A DNA stretch of 64,000 nucleotides from Candidatus Magasanikiibacteriota bacterium (GTDB lineage Bacteria > Patescibacteriota > Patescibacteriia > Magasanikbacterales > GWA2-37-8). Where the stretch lies: contig DAIOHD010000001.1 in the NCBI GenBank assembly GCA_036744835.1, positions 547,910-611,909 of the forward strand. The letters are read 5' to 3'. A program made the translations under genes and the position numbers. Positions 40,716-48,867 of this stretch are shown here, piece after piece; within the stretch, counting starts at the first letter, position 1, and the number at the start of each line of letters is the position of its first letter. Below the pieces are notes generated by a model. The model searched no databases. It was not told where the DNA came from and saw only the letters and a list, made by a program, of their open reading frames with translations.

Positions 40716-40753
40716 AAATTATAAACCTTTTTTTGTAAAAGTCAACCTGTGGA

Positions 40754-40778
40754 TAAAAAAACCCGGACTAAATCCGGG
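40754..40778 (-). terminator. Intrinsic terminator of the response-regulator gene
   Basis: cccggatttagtccggg followed by ttttttt on the minus strand. Confidence 0.65.
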
Positions 40779-40786
40779 CTATGTAA

Positions 40787-41176
40787 CTAATCACTCAATT
40801 TTTTCTTAAAAATTTCTAATAACTTTTCCAAATTAAGCGGTTTCAAAAAAAGGGATTCCGAAAAAGATTCTTTCACTTCGTTATACAATGGCGAATGAAT
40901 GCTTGCAGTCATAAACATCACCTGCGGACACTCTTCGCCGAGAGCTTCAGAATCAGCTTCTATTACTCTGATAACATCAAGTCCAGAAATAAAGGGCATG
41001 TGGAGGTCTGTCAGAATTATTTTGATTTCTTTTCTGTTTTGAGAAAATTTTCCTAAACCTTCTTGTCCGTTTTTGGCAATAATAACCTCCAAACCAGCGA
41101 AACGAAAAAATTTCGCCATCGCAAAAAGCGTAAGTTCGTCATCGTCAATAATTAAAATCTTCTTTTTTTCAGTCAT
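40787..41176 (-). CDS. Stand-alone response-regulator receiver (CheY-like) protein
   Basis: KILIIDDDELT with acidic pocket, conserved Asp and Lys positions. No output domain. Confidence 0.75.
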   Translation of the reverse strand: MTEKKKILIIDDDELTLFAMAKFFRFAGLEVIIAKNGQEGLGKFSQNRKEIKIILTDLHMPFISGLDVIRVIEADSEALGEECPQVMFMTASIHSPLYNEVKESFSESLFLKPLNLEKLLEIFKKKLSD

Positions 41177-41235
41177 TTTATTCTCCTTTTTTAAAAAAAT
41201 ATTAAAGAACTCAACGAATCATCTTAACACAAAAT

Positions 41236-41267
41236 CAAATAAAAATCAAGGGCTTGGAGACCCTTGA
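41236..41267 (-). terminator. Intrinsic terminator of the GMP-reductase-like gene
   Basis: tcaagggtctccaagcccttga followed by a T-run on the minus strand. Confidence 0.6.
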
Positions 41268-41276
41268 TTTTATGTG

Positions 41277-42314
41277 TTAATTTTTTCCATGAGCGATACT
41301 TTCTTTTATTCCAGCAGAAGTTATGGAAATAAAATCAGCTTTACCTTTTATCGCTTCTATATTTTCCGCGCCCATATAAGTCATCCCTGAGGCTAGGCCA
41401 CCCAAAATTTTCTGAATAATCGGGGCTACCGGTCCTTTAAAAGGCACTACTGTCATCTCCCCTTCCACATGAACCATTTCTTCTGTTTTTTGCCCATCCA
41501 TTTGCATTTTCTTTATCGTAGCAGCAAAACTAGCCATGCCACGAAATTCCTTATACTCCAAACCGTCTTTGATAATTATTTTTCCTGGAGATTCAGAAGT
41601 TCCGGCAAACATAGAACCAAGCATTATAGTGTCTGCACCAGCTCCTATCGCTTTACTTACATCTCCGGGTTGTTTTATTCCACCATCAGCACAAATTGGC
41701 ACCCTGCCTTGTGCAGCTTCGTAAGCATCCATAATCGCTGTAATTTGTGGCACCCCGGCTCCAGTCATTACTCTGGTGGTACACATTGAACCCGGACCTA
41801 TCCCGACTTTTATAGCATCGGCTCCTTTGTGAATAAAATACTCAGCCGCGTCTTTGGTCGCAATATTTCCTGCCATCACATCAATTTTTGGATAATTTTT
41901 TTTAATAAAGTCTAGTACCTGTCCCATGCGTTTACAATGACCATGAGCTACATCCAAAACTATGATATTTATTCCGGCTTCAAAAAGAGCTTTTATTCTT
42001 TCTTCATAATCTTTTATTCCAACCGCCGCCGCCGCAATCAAATTGTGTTTTTTAACTTCTTTAATTTGTTGAGCTTGTTCTTCTATAGATAAAAAACGAT
42101 GTATAATTCCAAGTCCTCCCAAACGACCAACAACAATAGCCATCTCACTTTCACAAACAGTATCCATATTGGCGGCTAAGATCGGCATATCCAATTCATA
42201 ATTTTTAGTAACTTTGGTTTTAAAACTAACATTTTTACGCGAAAAAACTTTGTTATATTTTGGAACAATCAAAACATCATCAAAAGAATATCCTGAACCA
42301 ATAATACGAGCCAT
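41277..42314 (-). CDS. IMPDH/GMP reductase family protein without a CBS subdomain (GuaC-like)
   Basis: TIM-barrel with catalytic loop [16 protein letters not shown]. Its size fits a GMP reductase. Confidence 0.7.
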   Translation of the reverse strand: MARIIGSGYSFDDVLIVPKYNKVFSRKNVSFKTKVTKNYELDMPILAANMDTVCESEMAIVVGRLGGLGIIHRFLSIEEQAQQIKEVKKHNLIAAAAVGIKDYEERIKALFEAGINIIVLDVAHGHCKRMGQVLDFIKKNYPKIDVMAGNIATKDAAEYFIHKGADAIKVGIGPGSMCTTRVMTGAGVPQITAIMDAYEAAQGRVPICADGGIKQPGDVSKAIGAGADTIMLGSMFAGTSESPGKIIIKDGLEYKEFRGMASFAATIKKMQMDGQKTEEMVHVEGEMTVVPFKGPVAPIIQKILGGLASGMTYMGAENIEAIKGKADFISITSAGIKESIAHGKN

Positions 42315-42412
42315 ACTTTAATAAGTTAAAAGTTAAAAGTTGAAAGTTACAAAAACTAACCTTATGAATATTATACCTGAAATTAAATACTGACAAGGGT
42401 TTGGATTAATAA

Positions 42413-42440
42413 TTGACTTTTCTTCATTTTTTGCTACAAT
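42413..42440 (+). promoter_or_regulatory. Sigma70-type promoter for tRNA-Glu
   Basis: TTGACT, 16-nt spacer, TACAAT. The tRNA starts 12 nt downstream. Confidence 0.55.
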
Positions 42441-42452
42441 ATTTGAAGTTTT

Positions 42453-42524
42453 GGCCCGTTCGTCTATCGGTTAGGACACCGCCTTCTCAAGGCAGTAAGA
42501 GGGGTTCGACTCCCCTACGGGCTA
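42453..42524 (+). tRNA. tRNA-Glu (anticodon CUC)
   Basis: Cloverleaf folds by hand. Acceptor GGCCCGT/ACGGGCT. D-arm GTCT..GGAC. Anticodon loop TTCTCAA (U33, CTC, A37). T-arm AGGGG-TTCGACT-CCCCT. CCA is not encoded. Confidence 0.75.
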
Positions 42525-42528
42525 CAGA

Positions 42529-42561
42529 AATACTCCAAACTTGTTTTGGAGTATTTTTTTA
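42529..42561 (+). terminator. Intrinsic terminator after tRNA-Glu
   Basis: aatactccaaa-cttgt-tttggagtatt followed by ttttttt. Confidence 0.65.
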
Positions 42562-42895
42562 GTCGCGAAGCGAGAGTCGAACGGGAAAGGGAGAAAACGG
42601 GAGTTTTCTCTTTGCAGAGGAAAGCTCACGAAAACCCGAAGGTTTTCGTGAGAGTCCCGATAAAATCGGGACGAGTGAGATTTCCCCTACGGGCTACAGA
42701 AACAAAATGCTCAGCGTAAGCTGGGTTTTTTGTTTCTGTATTCTGACCGGGGAGTCGAAGGGTGCGAATGAGCAAGGAGCGACAGCGACGAAGCGAGCTG
42801 ACGAAAATATGCCAGTGGCATATTTTCGGGCACCCCGGACGCGACTACCCTACGGGCTACAAAAATACTCCAAACTTATTTTGGAGTATTTTTTA
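42562..42895 (+). repeat. Two tandem modules, each consisting of GC-rich perfect hairpins, a 15-nt copy of the tRNA-Glu 3' end (cccctacgggctaca) and a terminator
   Basis: Direct repeats at 42511-42525, 42684-42698 and 42847-42861. Hairpins at 42591-42610, 42625-42652, 42654-42672 and 42803-42827. Terminators at 42709-42731 and 42864-42895. Confidence 0.55.
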
Positions 42896-42922
42896 TTTCA
42901 CAGTGTTTATTTGCTTACTTGC

Positions 42923-44224
42923 TTACAAACTTTTACGTATCCAGTATTCTTCTTGTCTCACTAGTAATTCTTCAGCTTTTTCCGGTTCCGCCATGACTTC
43001 TTTTACAATTTTTTCCATCCGTATGCTTTGTGAACCTTTTATTAAAATTATATCACCCTTCTCCATTTTATTTTGTAAAAACTTTCCAGCCGAAGCGCTA
43101 TCATCAAATACTACAATTTTATTTTCATCCATTCCCGCTTCTTTGGCAGCAACGGCTGTAAATTTTTTACTGGCTTCTCCAACTACTATCAGATAATCAA
43201 AGTTAGCTTCAACCACGCGAAATCCTATTTCTCGATGGGCATTTTCAGTATCTAGTCCCAATTCTAACATATCTCCCAAAATTGCAATTCTTTTGCCACT
43301 TCCTTGCGGAGAAATTTTAGCTGTAGCCAAAAGAGCACTACGCACCGCTTCCGGAGAAGAATTATAAGTATCATCAATAATCAAAGTATGTTTAATACCT
43401 GGAATAATACGCATGTGACCTAAAAGCGGTTTAATTTGTCGCAAAGCTATAGCTCCTTCAACTAAATTTATTCCAAAAATATGACCCACGGTCAAACCAG
43501 CTAAGGCCGCCGGGATAAATTGTTCGGCAATAAAACCAGGCAAAAAAACTGGTACAATATTGCCTCGATGTAAAACTTTAAAATTTAAACCAACAGGCCA
43601 AAAAGACTGCTCGTCTATGATAATATTGACATCAGTTGCTTGAAAATCAGCTCCATCTTTAAAACCATATGTAAAAGTTTCAGCATTAGTTTTGGCATTT
43701 TGCATCACCATTTCATTATCAAAATTAAGAACAGCAAAACCATCTTCTTTAAGATGAGAAACTATTAAACGCTTTTCTTGTGCAATTTTTTTAATAGTTT
43801 TAAAAAACTCAATATGAGCATTGCCAATAAAAGTTAAAACCCCGACTTTGCAAGGAGCAATTTCAAGTAAATATTCGATATCACCCGGTTTGTCCGCCCC
43901 CATTTCCAAAACTAAAACATCTGGATAATCAGAAATTCGAGAAAATCTCAAAACAAAGGCTTTGTAAAAAACTTTAATCCAACCAAAAATATCCTTACCT
44001 GGAGTTTTTTCTACGCCAATTATAGTTAAGGGCATCCCAATTTCATTGTTATAATTTTTTTTGTTGGATCTAACATTAAATTTACTGCCGAGTACAACAG
44101 CAATAGCCTCTTTGGTGGAGGTTTTACCAATGGAACCGGTGATACCAATAATGTCAGGTTTGTATTTTTTAATAATTTTTTTCGCACAATGACGAAGTAA
44201 CATCTGTAAAATGGTTTTTAACAT
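42923..44224 (-). CDS. murF: UDP-MurNAc-tripeptide--D-Ala-D-Ala ligase
   Basis: Mur ligase domains with the GITGSIGKTSTKE ATP-binding motif. Confidence 0.85.
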   Translation of the reverse strand: MLKTILQMLLRHCAKKIIKKYKPDIIGITGSIGKTSTKEAIAVVLGSKFNVRSNKKNYNNEIGMPLTIIGVEKTPGKDIFGWIKVFYKAFVLRFSRISDYPDVLVLEMGADKPGDIEYLLEIAPCKVGVLTFIGNAHIEFFKTIKKIAQEKRLIVSHLKEDGFAVLNFDNEMVMQNAKTNAETFTYGFKDGADFQATDVNIIIDEQSFWPVGLNFKVLHRGNIVPVFLPGFIAEQFIPAALAGLTVGHIFGINLVEGAIALRQIKPLLGHMRIIPGIKHTLIIDDTYNSSPEAVRSALLATAKISPQGSGKRIAILGDMLELGLDTENAHREIGFRVVEANFDYLIVVGEASKKFTAVAAKEAGMDENKIVVFDDSASAGKFLQNKMEKGDIILIKGSQSIRMEKIVKEVMAEPEKAEELLVRQEEYWIRKSL

Positions 44225-44257
44225 AAAATATAATTTTTATAAAAATTATTTAAATTC

Positions 44258-44373
44258 AAAACTCAAAAGTCAAAAGTCAAAACTTTGGTGTCCTGAATAA
44301 ATCAGGGCAATTTTATTATATATATCGCGAAGCGATACGATAGTTTTGAGATTTGCGTTTTGAGATTTGAGAT
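44258..44373. repeat. MITE-like element copy 4 (short core; sister of copy 3)
   Basis: caaaactcaaaagtcaaaagtcaaaac | ggtgtcctgaataaatcagggc..atcgcGAAgcgat | ttttgagatttgcgttttgagatttgag. Confidence 0.6.
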
Positions 44374-44376
44374 TAT

Positions 44377-46107
44377 TTACCTATCTTCTTCCACCCCATA
44401 ATAATCCATCGTGAATTTAGCCAATTCCCTAAATGTTATGGCTGCTGTACCTTCCGCCCAAAGACGTTGTGGTTTTTCATATTTTACCACAATTACCACC
44501 TTTGGTTCTTTGACCGGTAAAAATCCACAAAAAGTGTGGTTGGTATCTGTACTACTATAACCTGAAGGTCCAGGGATTTGAGCCGTGCCTGTTTTACCGG
44601 CAATAAAATATCTGTCCAAACGAACAGTGTTCGTATATGTTTTTTCTGTAACTGAAGTCAACATAGCTGTAAGCAAACGCGAAGCTCGAGAAGAAATAAC
44701 TTGCTCGATAATTTTTGGCTCTACTTTTTCTATTTTACCATCACTTCTTTTGATTTCATCAACAATTCTTGGTTGTATTAACTTACCACCATTAGCAATT
44801 ACACTGTAAGCCGTAGCTAACTGCAAAGGGGTTACCGTAATCCCTTGACCAAAAGAAGCTTGGGCCGGACCAATTTGGGATTTTTTTTCTAAATTTTTCA
44901 AATTACCATCAACTTCCTTATCTAGCTCAACACCTAGTTTTTGACCAAAACCAAATTTACGAACATATTCAGTAAATTTTTCCCAACCGATTTTTTCCGC
45001 TACCCACATCATACCAGTATTGACCGAATTTTCTAAAACATTAGTCATAGTAATGGAACCATAACATTTCTTCAAAGCATTGCGAATAATATAAGGACCA
45101 TATTTCATTTCGCAAGGATCATTAAACCATGTATCCGGGGTTATTAATTCCATATCCAAAGCTGCACCCATAATAACTGGTTTAAAAACCGAACCCGGTT
45201 CATATGGGGTAAAAATAGCCTGATTATTAAAAATAGCGATATCTTCAATTTTGCCATAATTATTTGGATCAAAATCAGGATAAGAACACATTGCCAAAAT
45301 TGCACCGGTTTGAGGATTCATCATAACCAAAGCAGCTGATTGAGCCTTGTGTTCCTCTGCGCCTTTTTTTAAAAGATCACAAGCTTTATATTGCAAAGCT
45401 CGATCAATTGTTAAAATCAAATCATCTCCATTTTTAGCTTCAATTGTCGTCATATCCGCCAAGGTAATCCAACTTCCTTTGGCTCCACGCTCAGCAAACA
45501 AATAACCACCTTTCCCAGATAATATACTATTCCAATATCCTTCTATACCATAATTTCCCTGCATATTACCATCATTGTCCATATTACAAAAACCAAGTAT
45601 TGAAGATCCTAAATTATTTTCTGGATAATAACGGTATACCTCGGCCGATTTATAAATTCCTCCCAAATCAACTTTCTCTATCTTTTTTACAACTTCTTCA
45701 GGGACTTTTCGCGCCAAAGATTCAAATGGATCATTTGCTTTATTTAATTTTTCTCTAACTATTTCTTTTTTAATTTCATCCAGTTCTAGAATTTCAGCAA
45801 CTTTTTCCGTTGTACTATTAATTTCATTTTTATCCATTTCTTTTGGGACCGCAAAAATTTGATAAAACCAGCGATTTATGGCTATCGGAAAAGTTTCTTT
45901 TGTACGCGAATCTTGAAAATAAATTTGTCCACGCTTGGGATGAATTTTTTGATAAATTTCATGTGTACTCATCGCCAAGGTTTTATAATAATCATGTTGA
46001 TTAACTTGTAAATAAAAAAGTTTACCAATAATTGCAATGGCTATTAAAATAAAAAGCGCTGATAATAAGCGAAGTTCTAACGAATTGCTGTCTTCGCGAT
46101 TAAACAT
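44377..46107 (-). CDS. Penicillin-binding protein 2 / FtsI-type transpeptidase
   Basis: N-terminal TM, dimerisation domain, SxxK (SVFK), SxN and KTGT motifs. Confidence 0.85.
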   Translation of the reverse strand: MFNREDSNSLELRLLSALFILIAIAIIGKLFYLQVNQHDYYKTLAMSTHEIYQKIHPKRGQIYFQDSRTKETFPIAINRWFYQIFAVPKEMDKNEINSTTEKVAEILELDEIKKEIVREKLNKANDPFESLARKVPEEVVKKIEKVDLGGIYKSAEVYRYYPENNLGSSILGFCNMDNDGNMQGNYGIEGYWNSILSGKGGYLFAERGAKGSWITLADMTTIEAKNGDDLILTIDRALQYKACDLLKKGAEEHKAQSAALVMMNPQTGAILAMCSYPDFDPNNYGKIEDIAIFNNQAIFTPYEPGSVFKPVIMGAALDMELITPDTWFNDPCEMKYGPYIIRNALKKCYGSITMTNVLENSVNTGMMWVAEKIGWEKFTEYVRKFGFGQKLGVELDKEVDGNLKNLEKKSQIGPAQASFGQGITVTPLQLATAYSVIANGGKLIQPRIVDEIKRSDGKIEKVEPKIIEQVISSRASRLLTAMLTSVTEKTYTNTVRLDRYFIAGKTGTAQIPGPSGYSSTDTNHTFCGFLPVKEPKVVIVVKYEKPQRLWAEGTAAITFRELAKFTMDYYGVEEDR

Positions 46108-46238
46108 AGCAAAAAAAATAATTTCAAATTTCCAATATCCAATATCAAATCAATTTCAAAATCCAAATGTCAAAATTTGAAATTTGTCATTTGATATTTG
46201 TTATTGATTGGAAATTGGTAATTTGACATTTGTAATTT
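46108..46238. repeat. AT-rich palindromic spacer (tttccaatatccaat / attggaaattgg words)
   Basis: Long imperfect inverted repeat between the PBP2 start and the typA stop. Confidence 0.5.
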
Positions 46239-48059
46239 CTAATTGATTCCTTTCGCTTTTCTTTTTGCTTCGTCCGCATTTAAAATAGTCTTTCTAATAC
46301 GAACATTTTGCGGAGTGATTTCTACCAATTCATCATCTCCGATATATTGAAGAGCGTCTTCCAAATCCATAGTTTTTGGCGCATTGAAATGTTCGGTCAC
46401 TCCATGTCCTTTACTACGCATATTGGAAAGTTGTTTTTCTTTACAAACATTTACTGACAAATCCCCTGTTCTGGCATTTTGTCCCACCACTTGTCCTTTA
46501 TAAACTTTGACAGCCGGACCGATAAATAAAACCCCACGATCTTGGATATTCATCAAACCATACATATTACTTTCTCCGGTTTCATGAGCTACGAGCGATC
46601 CTTGTTCTTTTTCTTTCCACAAAGTCGCATCTTCTTGATAATCATAAAAACAAGTATTTATAATTCCCAATCCTTTGGTATCAGTCAAAAATTCACTACG
46701 ATAACCAAAAAGTCCACGCGTTGGAATAATAAATTCTAGAAAACTAATACCTCGTTCACTAGCCATATTAGTCATAGTCCCATGACGAGTGCCTAATTTT
46801 TGGATCACAACTCCAGCAAATTCCTCCGGAACTTCCACAAAGACTTGGTCAAAAGGTGCGAGTTTTTTTCCATCTACTTCCTTTATTATAACTTGTGGAC
46901 GAGATACTTGCAATTCAAAACCTTCACGACGCAATCTCTCAATCAAAATTTCTAAATGTAATTCACCACGACCACAAACAATCCAACTACCACTAGAATC
47001 AGTATCGCTAACTTTCAAAGCCATATCCGTTTCCAATTCTTTATACAAACGTTCTCTGATTTGACGTGAAGTAGTAAACTTGCCTTCTTGTCCAGCAACT
47101 GGAGAATCGTTTACAGAAAAAGTCATTTTTACAGTTGGTTCTTCAATATTGATAGTAGGTAAAGCAACAGGATCATTGACATCGGCAATAGTTTCACCGA
47201 TATTTATTTCAGCTATTCCAGAAATTGCCGCGATATCTCCAGCTTTTACTTCTGTTATTTCCGATCTATCCAAACCATCAAACGTCATCAAACTGGTCAT
47301 GCGATATTTTTTCATTTCTCCCGTACGATTGATATACATCACATCTTGGTTGGTTCTCAAAGTGCCATTATAAACACGACCAATAGCAATACGTCCTTTA
47401 TAATTATCACCCACGATAGATACAGTCAGCATCTGAAGAGGTTTGTTTTCGTCGCCTTGAGGTGGCGGAACTTCTTTGATGATAGTTTCAAAAATATCAA
47501 CAACATTTGTCATTTTTTCTAGTTCCGGAGTCAAACCAGCTTTACCGGCCTTGGCGCAAGAATATACGACTGGGAAATCACAAATTTCATCACTGGCGCC
47601 AAGTTCAATAAAAAGCTCCAATGTTTTATCGAGCACATATTGTATACGGGCGTCAGGTTTATCTATTTTATTTACTACTACGATAACTTTTAGTCCGAGC
47701 GCGAGAGCTTTTTTCAAAACAAAACGAGTTTGAGGCATGGGGCCTTCTTTGGCATCAACCAATAACAAACAACCGTCTGCCATCTTGAGCACACGTTCTA
47801 CTTCTCCGCCAAAATCAGCGTGTCCCGGAGTATCAATAATATTAATTTTTGTACCATTAAAAACTACTGAAGCAATTTTAGAAAAAATAGTAATTCCGCG
47901 TTCTTTTTCCAAATCATTACTATCCATGATGCAAGTAGCATCTTCATTTTCTTTGTTAAGCTTAGTTTTACTTTGACGCAACAATGCATCCACGAGCGTA
48001 GTTTTGCCGTGGTCAACGTGAGCAATAATAGCGATGTTTCGAATATCTGTTTGTTTCAT
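46239..48059 (-). CDS. typA: Translational GTPase TypA/BipA
   Basis: AHVDHGKTT G1 and DTPGHADF G3 motifs. BipA-type C-terminal domain. Confidence 0.9.
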   Translation of the reverse strand: MKQTDIRNIAIIAHVDHGKTTLVDALLRQSKTKLNKENEDATCIMDSNDLEKERGITIFSKIASVVFNGTKINIIDTPGHADFGGEVERVLKMADGCLLLVDAKEGPMPQTRFVLKKALALGLKVIVVVNKIDKPDARIQYVLDKTLELFIELGASDEICDFPVVYSCAKAGKAGLTPELEKMTNVVDIFETIIKEVPPPQGDENKPLQMLTVSIVGDNYKGRIAIGRVYNGTLRTNQDVMYINRTGEMKKYRMTSLMTFDGLDRSEITEVKAGDIAAISGIAEINIGETIADVNDPVALPTINIEEPTVKMTFSVNDSPVAGQEGKFTTSRQIRERLYKELETDMALKVSDTDSSGSWIVCGRGELHLEILIERLRREGFELQVSRPQVIIKEVDGKKLAPFDQVFVEVPEEFAGVVIQKLGTRHGTMTNMASERGISFLEFIIPTRGLFGYRSEFLTDTKGLGIINTCFYDYQEDATLWKEKEQGSLVAHETGESNMYGLMNIQDRGVLFIGPAVKVYKGQVVGQNARTGDLSVNVCKEKQLSNMRSKGHGVTEHFNAPKTMDLEDALQYIGDDELVEITPQNVRIRKTILNADEAKRKAKGIN

Positions 48060-48154
48060 ATATTTATTTTGGCAATAATATCATATTTTAGCAAAAAAAG
48101 CAAGGATTACCGAGATATTGAATATTGGATATTGAATATTGGATATTGAATATT

Positions 48155-48186
48155 AAAAAAATAAAGGAGCCCGGGTTAGGGGCTCC
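48155..48186 (-). terminator. Intrinsic terminator of the small secreted Cys protein gene
   Basis: ggagcccctaacccgggctcc followed by tttatttttttaat on the minus strand. Confidence 0.65.
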
Positions 48187-48204
48187 TATGAAAGCGGTTA
48201 TGAG

Positions 48205-48444
48205 TTACTTCATCAAAGCAAAGATTTTTTCCTCTTCGCCATAATGAAGTACTTCGATGCAAAGCTCTTTTTTTTCAGAATACATTTCGCATTCCTCATA
48301 AAGAGCCCTCTTGCATATTCCGATCTTGACCGGGAGACTTTCATCTCCTTTCATGTGCTTAGCATACACTTCGCACATGTCATTAGCCATAAGACCAGAA
48401 ACAGCCATAAAAACGACCATTGCAAACATAAGTGATTTCTTCAT
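48205..48444 (-). CDS. Small secreted Cys-containing protein (79 aa, signal peptide, 4 Cys)
   Basis: AGGAGA RBS. Signal peptide MKKSLMFAMVVFMAVSGLMA. Carries the shared promoter motif and a ~200-nt structured leader. Confidence 0.5.
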   Translation of the reverse strand: MKKSLMFAMVVFMAVSGLMANDMCEVYAKHMKGDESLPVKIGICKRALYEECEMYSEKKELCIEVLHYGEEEKIFALMK

Positions 48445-48640
48445 GATACTCTCCTTTTAGATAATTTTATGATTCGGACCGCTTTGACTTGTAAAGAACT
48501 TTTTCCTATTTCTAGCTCTCATTCTTTTGAATAAGGGCTTGATAAAAGAAAAACTCTCCTAAATATGGAGAGATATGTCAAAAGATTTGTTTGTATCGCT
48601 TTTATCCTCTCTCCAAGATAAAGTTGATACGATTTGGGTT
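48445..48640 (-). promoter_or_regulatory. Structured 5' leader with alternative antiterminator/terminator hairpins (riboswitch- or attenuator-like)
   Basis: Minus strand reads uuGGAGAGAGgauaaaagcgauacaaacaaaucuuuugacauaUCUCUCCauauuuaGGAGAGuuuuucuuuu. The CUCUCC segment can pair either upstream (GGAGAGAG) or downstream (GGAGAG plus U-run). Confidence 0.4.
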
Positions 48641-48658
48641 TTTATTATTTAACTACAT

Positions 48659-48688
48659 AGTTTAGCACATTTTGACGGTTTTGTCAAG
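48659..48688 (-). promoter_or_regulatory. Promoter with TTGAC-N6-GTCAA palindrome (shared motif, copy b)
   Basis: Minus strand reads cTTGACAaaaccgtcaaaatgtgcTAAACT. The plus-strand motif is gcacattttgacggttttgtcaag. Confidence 0.55.
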
Positions 48689-48867
48689 CCCTAAAAGTGG
48701 CTAATATTAGCGAAATTGAAAATTACAAAAATTTAAAAGATTGCAAAAATTACAAAGATTGCTGTTTTTTGGCTAGGATTAGATAAAATAGTATAAAATA
48801 CTACAAAATTTGGCTTATTGTAAACAAAAAACCCTCGCGTCTGCGAGAGTAAAATATTTGTTTCTTA

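Noticed and set aside
40126-40716. Minus-strand ORFs 40126..40353 and 40489..40716 (75 aa each)
   Set aside because: They are inside the hairpin-dense GC-rich candidate ncRNA. They have no RBS and the same-strand terminator lies inside or adjacent. They are treated as RNA, not protein.
42453-42923. Integrative element / prophage at tRNA-Glu
   Set aside because: Direct repeats of the tRNA 3' end exist. Yet the intervening segments are only 120-150 bp of hairpins with no integrase or cargo genes, and the downstream gene is murF. It is therefore reported as a footprint or sRNA array, not as a mobile element.
42707-43196. ORF-track plus-strand ORFs 42707..42964 (85 aa) and 42762..43196 (144 aa)
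   Set aside because: They lie in the GC-rich tRNA-fragment/hairpin region, span terminators, have no RBS, and overlap murF in antisense. They are almost certainly non-coding.
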